DNA from: an uncultured Anaerolinea sp.
GTDB lineage: Bacteria; Chloroflexota; Anaerolineae; Anaerolineales; Villigracilaceae
Length of the DNA stretch: 64,000 bases
Direction of reading: 5' to 3'
NCBI GenBank assembly: GCA_964422545.1
Contig: CAYRBO010000016.1
Location: forward strand, 15,794 to 79,793
Under the pieces are notes generated by a model. The model made no database searches, was not told the origin of the DNA, and was given only the letters and a program-made list of their open reading frames with translations. The stretch's first letter is position 1. The number at the start of each line of letters is the position of its first letter. Shown one piece after another: positions 8,531 to 17,000 of the stretch. Position numbers and translations under genes: made by a program.

Positions 8531-9385
8531 CTAAAATAGATAGCGATTTATTAAATTAACTAACAGTGTTGTGAAAACATTTATAAGGGTATGCATCATT
8601 ATTGACAAATATAACATTTTGTACTTTTTTATTATCAATGTAGTGAATAAAACACCCAGCGGAATAATTATAAAAAACATTGATAAGTTCTGAATATCGA
8701 AATAGTGTATTCCCCAAAATAAAATAGCCTGAATAAAAAGGGCTTTATTTTCATTGCACCCACTCATAATCAAAAAACTAAACAGCAACCCGCGAAAGCA
8801 AGCTTCTTCAATCACGGACACCACTGAAAATTGCGATACAAAGGTATATACGATGATAGATAACAAGTTTTGAGGAAAGGGTTGAGTGAATGTCTGATCA
8901 AGCAACGCATAAATCAAGGCGATTATGAAAACCGCGAAAATAGACCACAATATCCCAGAAAAAGTTACCCAGAAGCCAGGCATCTTTATATCTTTTCTGT
9001 ATACAATTATATAAGTCAAAAGAACGATACCCAAGAGAATTAAACAAATTTTGTAAATTGCAGTATTTTCTCCTCCTAATCCGATGCTAAAGAAGCAACC
9101 TAACACTATCATCCAGAGAGAGAAATGATCGTGTAACACACTTAGCCCGTTGCTTTGATAAATTAATATACTAATTACAATTATTGTGTAGGGGATAATT
9201 GTACTGAGATACCAATAGTTATAGTCTCGATCAAAATTAGAAAAAAAGAATGGGAAGATATAAAAGCGAACAAGTATTAAGATAATCAGCACAATGCCCA
9301 TTTTAGGGTTTGCAAGTTTTCTTATATTGAAAAAGGCCCTTAAAATATTTGATTGTTTAGCAATCATATTTTCCCAATTAAGCAA
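8531..9385 (-). CDS. CPBP-family intramembrane metalloprotease (CAAX protease / Abi-like), putative immunity protein
   Basis: Seven to eight TM helices with the CPBP motifs EEACFRGLL (EExxxR), WGIHYF (FxxxH) and HTLIN. Very AT-rich (~30% GC). Lies downstream of orphan cassette 9501..10598. Abi/CPBP proteins are established bacteriocin immunity proteins. Confidence 0.65.
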   Translation of the reverse strand: MLNWENMIAKQSNILRAFFNIRKLANPKMGIVLIILILVRFYIFPFFFSNFDRDYNYWYLSTIIPYTIIVISILIYQSNGLSVLHDHFSLWMIVLGCFFSIGLGGENTAIYKICLILLGIVLLTYIIVYRKDIKMPGFWVTFSGILWSIFAVFIIALIYALLDQTFTQPFPQNLLSIIVYTFVSQFSVVSVIEEACFRGLLFSFLIMSGCNENKALFIQAILFWGIHYFDIQNLSMFFIIIPLGVLFTTLIIKKYKMLYLSIMMHTLINVFTTLLVNLINRYLF

Positions 9386-9500
9386 ATCGATATCAGAAGT
9401 ACCATTTGAGGATGTAAATATCTTTCTCTCTCCATCTCTTGGAAGTTAGAAAAGAGATGGAAAGAGTTGACTTGACTAAAAGCATATCATGGTTCGTTAG

Positions 9501-10598
9501 TTACGGCAAAAACGTTGGAGTAAAGAAAAACGGCGTTGGCGTACTTGATGGGAACGATGTTGGCGTAGATATAACCATGTTAGTTGAAGTTGGCGATGCG
9601 GTGGGCGAAGGCGTTCCAGAACCGTAAGGGCCGAGTCGCGGCGTCGTCCACCAACTATAAATCGAAATACCTATATCACCGATTATTGGCTTACCAAGTA
9701 TGATGGCATCAAATACTTTACCAAAGCCAGAATATGGCACAGTAACAGGGTGACTTGCAAGTACAGGATCTATCAAGTCCGCTCCGCAACTAGGCCCAAG
9801 TGATGGATTGAAACAAGTATCGTAAACAACCTCGCCGACGGTACCTGCTGCATCGACTGCTGTATTTACAGCATCTTGACCAAATAATGTCGGTGTTGGC
9901 TGTGGTGTTGCCTGAGGAAGCGCCATTATACAAGAAGCCCCTGCTTGACATTGTTCGGCTGAAGCAGTTGCTTGATAGGCTGAAGCTGTCGCGTTTGCCG
10001 CTGTTGCAGTAGCGCAAGCATTTGAAGGCTCTCCCTGGCATGGAACAGGCGTAGATTGCATATCTGGAAGCGAAAGAGTGGGGCGTGGTGCAGGCGTTTT
10101 GGGTTTCACAGTCTGGGTTGGCTTGCAATTTTTCCCATCATACCGGCCACCACAGCCCACATCATGCCCTGACGGATCCGAGTACCTGACGGGATTATTG
10201 TTCATCCCGGCATAGCGATCCCACGCCTGGACGCCCTGGCTCTCGAGCGTGATGATGGTATCCGCCTGGGCGAAGCGGCTAAGATACGGGTCGTACCATC
10301 TCGCGTTGTAATACATCAGTCCAAAATCAGGGACGTTGCTGTATTGGCCGGTGTAGGTGTAGTTTGTGAAGGTGCTGTTTTTACCACGAAGGGAACGACG
10401 GAACACGACGGAATGCGCACTTAAGGTTTTCCGTTGCGCTCCGTCGTCGCCGTTGTGGTGAAAAATTTTCGGTGTAGGCGCGTCCCTGGCCGTTGTTGCG
10501 TGAGAGCCAGGCGCGTTCCTCGGCGGTGAGAAGGCGTTTGTAGAGCGCCAGTTGCGCCTACGGCAATGCTTGGGCCGATTGCTGCCTGGCGAAGCCAT
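9501..10598 (-). CDS. Orphan Rhs C-terminal cassette with uncharacterised Cys-containing toxin tip
   Basis: Contains LRGKNSTFTNYTYTGQYSNVPDFGLMYYNARWYDPYLSRFAQADTIITLESQGVQAWDRYAGMNNNPVRYSDPSGH, then a Pro/Thr linker and a ~170-aa domain of unknown type. The first ~70 codons of the ORF are encoded by junction repeat copy B and are probably not genuine. The C-terminal ~40 aa are low-complexity. Confidence 0.55.
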   Translation of the reverse strand: MASPGSNRPKHCRRRNWRSTNAFSPPRNAPGSHATTARDAPTPKIFHHNGDDGAQRKTLSAHSVVFRRSLRGKNSTFTNYTYTGQYSNVPDFGLMYYNARWYDPYLSRFAQADTIITLESQGVQAWDRYAGMNNNPVRYSDPSGHDVGCGGRYDGKNCKPTQTVKPKTPAPRPTLSLPDMQSTPVPCQGEPSNACATATAANATASAYQATASAEQCQAGASCIMALPQATPQPTPTLFGQDAVNTAVDAAGTVGEVVYDTCFNPSLGPSCGADLIDPVLASHPVTVPYSGFGKVFDAIILGKPIIGDIGISIYSWWTTPRLGPYGSGTPSPTASPTSTNMVISTPTSFPSSTPTPFFFTPTFLP

Positions 10599-10640
10599 AT
10601 TGGCCCCAGTCCAGGCATGTGTCTCGTTGGGACACTTTCG
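10370..10640. repeat. Cassette-junction repeat, copy B
   Basis: Near-identical to 4690-4890. Contains the hairpin ggaacgacggaacacgacggaa / ttccgttgcgctccgtcgtc. Sits immediately 5' (gene orientation) of the truncated core of cassette 9501..10598. Confidence 0.6.
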
Positions 10641-10653
10641 GGTTAGAAATCTT

Positions 10654-10995
10654 TTACTTTTGCGAATCCCAATATTTTTGTTTTAGGTATTGACCTAACA
10701 CAATGACTGAGAGAATAGGAGCGTATAGAATAGCATAGAAAATCACTTTGTCATATATAGGTGAAAATGTTAGATTCTCGATCGCAACGACATAAAACAA
10801 ACCGAAACTAATCCATTGTATACTTGCAATTTGTAATAAAGCTTCTAGTGTTTCTATGTTTTTCTGTCTCATGTCAGTAAAAAATAATACCTTTACTAAT
10901 TTCTTTCTTAATTTGGCAGGGAGTTTGATGTAGGTGAAAAACCGCATAGATATTGTTAGTAAGATCCCAAAACATCCTGCTACAATCGCTATCAT
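10654..10995 (-). CDS. Small membrane protein, cognate immunity candidate for the full-length Rhs tip
   Basis: Start ATG at 10995 preceded by AAGGAGG (5-nt spacer). MIAIVAGCFGILLTISMRFF... has three to four hydrophobic helices. AT-rich. Starts 19 nt after the Rhs stop at 11015. Confidence 0.55.
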   Translation of the reverse strand: MIAIVAGCFGILLTISMRFFTYIKLPAKLRKKLVKVLFFTDMRQKNIETLEALLQIASIQWISFGLFYVVAIENLTFSPIYDKVIFYAILYAPILSVIVLGQYLKQKYWDSQK

Positions 10996-11014
10996 AGAGA
11001 TTACCTCCTTGTAT

Positions 11015-14000
11015 TCATCGTAATTCCTGTTTATGCTTTTTAGCCTGACTTTGTCCCCATTGTGTCGCAAAAGAAGTGGTAACACCTGTAAAAGTTCCTT
11101 GCACGGCTGACCATCTTGTCCATTGAATTTGGTTGATTATGGTTTTATTTGGCGAAAGAAATTCGCCAGCAAGGGTACTGGCCCCACTGTCAAGCGCGCC
11201 GCCGAATGCACCACCAGCAAAAGCAATTCCAAGATCTGGAAGCGAAAACTCATCTGGTGACGTTGCCGCAAGATACGATGCCGCGCCACCAATTCCTTCA
11301 GCCAACATCTTTTTTCCTAATGGTTGACCTGAACTTGCTGCTGCCGTCAGCCCAGCAATTGCCGCATTGCCGACATAAGGAGCACTCTCAAATTCACCAG
11401 GATTCTGAAACATATAAGACTCTGCGGCAAGACCTGTCGCCACACCTACCCCAATGTATGTACTCGCTGTAGTTGCAGCTGCCGACATAGTTGCGTTTGT
11501 TGCCGCAAGAGTAGCGCCTGCCGCTGCGGCTGCTGTGCTTGTAGAGGCGGCTGCCGCAACAATACCAATCCCTGAACCAACCAAGGCTCCGGCGACAACA
11601 CCTACTCCTATGGCTACAGCAAGTTCTTTACCGTTAAAACTATTCCCTTGATTTGTGATTGCATAAGTAACGCCAGCAATCACTCCTCCTGCCAGAGCCC
11701 CGATAAGGGCTGTGCACAAAACCACACAATGCCCTGACGGATCGTTATACCTGACGGGATTATTGTTCATCCCGGCGTACCTGTCCCACGCCTGGACGCC
11801 CTGGCTGTCGACCGGGATGATGGTGTCCGCCTGGGCGAAGCGGCCTAGCGAGCCGTCGTACCACCTTGCGTTATAGTAATACAGCCCAAACTCAGGGACG
11901 TTGCTGTATTGGCCGGTGTAGGTGTAGTCGGTTGGCGTGCTGCCCCAAGTATAACGGACTTCGCCCCAAGCGGTGTAGCGCATTTCGGCAATTTTCGCGC
12001 CGCTGGCGTTGGTGGTGATACTGGTCGAGCCGAGGTGGTCGGTCAGGTAATAGACCGGGTCAGTGCAAGTCGTGTCGGAGCAAGTCCGCGAGGCGATGCG
12101 CTGGGTCCCGGCGAAATAATACTTTGTCCACGTAGTTCCGCCGTAGGTGTAGGCCTGAGCCTGGGCAGCGGGGCGTGACTTGGATAGTCCGGCCATGCGC
12201 CCGGCGGGTTTAGCGAGCGCGGCCAGTTTCGCGCCGCCGGAGGCAGGTTGGGATGGTTCAAACCCTGTCGAAGGCATGCGGTATGTAATGACCAGTTTGG
12301 GCCGCTGGGAGGTCGTGCCGTTATCGGAAGTCTTGAAATTGAAGCGGTCGTTCAGTTCGGCCTCGGTCTTGAGCAACAGGCCATGGTTGGGGACCGCCCC
12401 GCTCACCCATTCCTGCACCCTGGCCGGGTCAAGCGCCATCTGTTTCTCGACCCCCAGCGGTTCGTTATGCGCCACCTGCATCGAGCCGATAGCCGCGCTT
12501 TCGCGGTCATTAGCACCCGCCGCGCCGGGCGACTGCCAGGGAGCGCCGGAAGCGGCATTGTTCCAGGTCGCCTGGCTTTCGCTGAAGGGGACTTTCAGGC
12601 GGTAAGCGCTGATGGTGCTGTCATTGCTTGCCAGGTCGCCATCCGTCCACAGCGAGAGGGTCACCGAAAGAATCTCGGCGTTGGCAGGCAGGGCCGAAAG
12701 GTCGAACTTGAGCAGGCTGCGGGCGAAGTTGTTGGCATAGTCATTCCTTTCACCAATGCCCATGCCTCCCGCGCCGCCATAGTTGTTGTTGTCGGCGCTC
12801 AGGATGTACGCATCGAGGCCGTTCGCGCTATTGGGTTGCAGGGTGAGGGTGTAGACGCTGCCGCCGGGGGTCGGGCTGGGCGTGGGAGTGGGAGTGAATG
12901 TGGACGGAACGGTTGCCGTTGGCGTAACGGTTGGCGTGCGCGTGGGGGTCGCGCTGGGCGTGGGGGAAGGGGTCGGCGAGGCGGTGCTGGTCGCCGTCGG
13001 CGAGGCGGTAAAGGTGGCGGTGGGAGTGGGCGTGCCTTGTTTGACTTCCAGGTGCCCGCCAATGAACAGGGTCGTCTCGCCGTTAATGACCGACTTTACG
13101 CGCCGGCCGTCGCCATCATAGGTGAAGTGGGCATTCATGCCGCTGCCAGTGACCGAGACCAGGCGGCCTTCGGCATCGTAAGCGAGGGTCATAGTCTGTC
13201 CATTGATGGTTCGGCTGACCTGGTTGCCGTTGGGGTCATAGGTGTATGTATTTCCGTTGGAGAGCGAGGCAACGGCGTGGGGGTGATTCGGGTCGTAGGT
13301 GTAGGTCACGCCGGCTTTGGCGGCCAGGTTGCCGGTCAGGGGGTCGTATTGATAGGATTCGTTGTATAGGCCGCTTGTTCCGCCCGTTGCCTGAGCCGCG
13401 GTCAGGCGGTCGAGGGCGTCGTAGGTGAAGTCTTGTAATTGCGGCGCGCCTGCCGCCCAATCCCTAATCCAATCAATGTTGCCAACCGCATCATAGGCAT
13501 ATTCGAGCGATTGCAGCGAGGTGGGAGCGGCGCTGGTTCCCGATTTGATGAAGCGCAGCCGCCCGCCCTGCTGGTTCCAGGCAAAGTAATCGTAATCGGT
13601 CTGCGTGCCGCTGCCATAAGCGCGGATGTTCATGCGCCCGGCAGAATCGTAGGAGGTGGAAGTGACATACGGGCTGCTGCCGCTGACTGTTTCGAGCAGC
13701 ATTTGCGGCGCGTAGGTGTTCGTCACCACTTCGCCATCGGGATAGGTCATCGTCACAGGCAGGTCAGCGCTGTTGTAGGTCCAACCCGTTGTAAAGGATT
13801 GCCCGCTGATGATTTTGGTTTCGGTGAGCATTCGCCCGCGCCAGTCATAGGTCCAGGCGCTGCTGCCGCTGGCGTCGCTCATGCCCGTGCGGCGGCCTTT
13901 GCCGTTCGTCCCAAGGTCATACGTATATGAAGTGTTCACCTGCGTCCCGCACCCCGCGCCGGAGGAGGCTTTGGAGGTCAGCCGGTTGAGCAGGTCGTAG

Positions 14001-17000
14001 CTCAGGGTCAGGCTGCATCCGCGCGCGTCGGTTTGGCTCGTCAGGTTACCGAGCGCGTCGTAGGCGTAGGTCCATCTGCCCATATCGGGATCAGACATGG
14101 TGATTTTGCGCCCGCCAGCGTCGTAGGACAACGTTGTAATTACACCACCGCGCGCCGCCGTCAGCAGGCGGTCGAGCGGGTCGTAGGTATACGCAACGCC
14201 GGGGCCGGCCGGCGGGGTAATAGACGTGGTGCGCCCCCAAACATCGGCGATGCTGGTGGTGACGCGCCCGGCCGGGTCGGTGAGGCGGGTGACCAGGCCA
14301 TCAACGACGGTTGTAGTTTGCGCGCCGTCGGGGGTGGTAATGGTGCTGCTCTTCACGCCGCCCTGGTAAACAGTTTCGCTGGTGGTATAGGCCGGGCTCT
14401 CGCCGGGGCCGTATGGCGCGCTCTGGCGGATTTTGGTGAAGGTATCGTACAGCGTATCAACCGTGTTGAACACGTTGAACGCGCCATCTACGCCTGTGCT
14501 GCTGCCGGTTTCCTGTTTGAACTGGCGGCCCAGGCCGTCATACCGGCGGCGCACGCCGTAGTAGCGGTTGTCATCGATGCGCTGGCGGATGGTGGTGGTA
14601 AACGGCGCGCCGTTTGAGTAACTGATGGCAAGTGTCGGGTTGGCGGAATCATCCTCCGGTCGTATCAATTTGACCAGCCGCCCAAAGACATCATATTGCG
14701 CGCTGGTTATAGCCCCGTTTGGGTCGGTTTCGCTCAACGGCACGCCCAGGGCATAGTCGTAGGTCCAGGTGGCGGTTTGGTTGAGCGGGTTGGTGGTCGA
14801 GGTTGGGTAGGTACGGTAGATGGGGTCAAAAACAGTGGTGGTTGCGCGCGCGCCCACGGTGGGGTTGGCGTTCCAGGCCCCGTACCCGCTCCAGGTGGTT
14901 TCGCTGGTGCGGTTGCCCCAGGCATCATAGCCGTAAGAAACCTGGTGATAACGATTGGCGGGCTGAGCAAATTCGAGCAGCGTGCGCACCGCGGTCAATT
15001 TGCCTTGCGCGGGCTGCACGCCCACTTCCAGGTTGTCGTACAAATATTGCGTAGCTCCGAGCAATCCGCCGCCCGAATCGTAGAGATGCGTGTTTTTGGG
15101 CAGGCCAACCAGGTAAAGGCCGTTCAGGTTGGGCGGCGCATAGGCGGTCGTTTCGCGGATTTTGGTTTGCCAGGCCGAACCACTCTTCTCCTGTCGCAGG
15201 GTTTCCACCAGGTTACCGTAGGTCGATTCGTAAGAAGAAGTGGTTTTGGTGGCCTGGTAAGAATTGTCATTGGCATAGACGCGGTTTTCTTCGATAGAGA
15301 GGTAAATCCAGTTTCTCGACAGGCCTTTGTAGAAACAATCGCCAACATGGCATCCATCGACGCTTGGATACGACATATCCAGGGGGTTGACGCTGTACGT
15401 GTAAAGTGTTTGCGAGTATGTCTTGCCGCCGGAATCCTGGATGGTCACGCTGATTGGGCGGCCTTTCAGGCTGTCGCCCTGGTGATACTGGGTAATCGTC
15501 TTCAACCCGGCGGGGTTGGTTTCGGTGACTGTTGCATGGCCGCGAAATTCGCTATACTTTTCGACATAGGCCGGGCAGGGTGAGGCGGGAGGATTATATG
15601 GGTCATAATCTGGGCAGATGTTCAACAGGGTGTTGCCGTTTGGGAAAGTAACCATCTCGGCGGTGCTGTCGGTGTTGACGGTTGCTCCGGAGTAAGAATA
15701 AGTGTACGTATGAGCATTGCCCTGTCCATCGTCGATGGTTTTGCTCGTCACCCGGTAAATGGAAGTGAGCAGGCGGAATTCGAAGTAGTAGAAACGTCCA
15801 TACCCAGCGCCGGTCACATTGATTTTTGGGTCGGCTTTCGATGCATTGGCTGGTAAAACCTGGACGCTCTCATTGGCCGCGTAGTTGGTTTGCGTACCAT
15901 TGAATAATCCCAGGCTGAGGCTTGTTCCAGCATCCACGCTGCCATGTACCATGAGTTTATATGCGCCGCCGGGTCGAAACAATCCCAGGCCTGGCAGGTT
16001 GGCCTCTCTTGCCACCCCCGAAATAATCATCAGGTCAGCGCCAAGTGTATTTTCCTGGCAATATAATTGTCCGCTTTCGCGCGTCCACCCAAACAAATTA
16101 CATTCTCTCCTGGTTGGGCCAAAATATTGATAATGCGAGCGTGAGCCAGGAGAGTTGGCAGCATAATGCCACATACCGTAATTGAACTGCACCGCGCCGC
16201 CGTAGCCATTCTCTGCTCGGGTCAGGTGCATGTTGTCGCCATAGGTAAAGGTGTGCGCCGGCAGGGCCGTCGTTCCGCCCAGCCCATATTCGGTTATCTT
16301 CTTGAGGGTAGTGGTTTTGCCCCCCGCCGTCCACGAAACCCCGGGCCAGATGAGATTGGCGGGGTTCGTTTCGTATTCGAGTTGATATTTGCGGATAATC
16401 GTTTCGAATACGCCGTCGCCGTCCGCGTCTTGTTCTACGATAATCGAGATCAAGCGCGAGCGTTGGAACTCACGAAAAGGAGCGTCCGTTATCCACTCAA
16501 CCGGATAATCGGAACGCGCCTCGCGTACGAAACGTATCCGGTAACGATTGTGGGGATAGACAATAGTGTTTAGGTATGTGGCAGTTACCGAAGGAACGAA
16601 TGGTCCATGCGCGCTGCAAACATATACTCCCTTGCTGTTCTTCTTCCAGACCCAGGTTTGGAACTCTTTGGTTTCGTCAATGTAGGAATACACCAGGGAC
16701 TTCCCATGCGCGTTCTGTACCCTGGTCAACATCCATTTGTAAGGCAAATCATATTTGCCGCAAATCTCGTCGCTCCCGCCATCCAGGTTATATTGCATCG
16801 AGACCATTTTCTCGAAGTAGTATACGTTTCCTATCTTGTCCCATACTGTCCAGGATGTATCTCCATTGTTTTGAATTTTCCAAAAATTTTCATCCGTCAG
16901 GTGATATCGGGAATCAGCGTTGCTCCAGACAATCGTGCTGCTCACCCCACTCACATTCAGCATGAAAGTATCATCGCCGGTAAAATGGCTGGTGCCGTTG

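Noticed and set aside
9439-9627. Short plus-strand ORF and low-complexity Pro/Thr/Ser tail at the 3' end of cassette 9501..10598
   Set aside because: Likely non-functional low-complexity read-through of the cassette end; no independent gene.
12248-13369. 373-aa plus-strand ORF inside the rhs gene
   Set aside because: Antisense to the Rhs coding strand. Arg/Gly-rich translation typical of GC-rich antisense frames; no start context.
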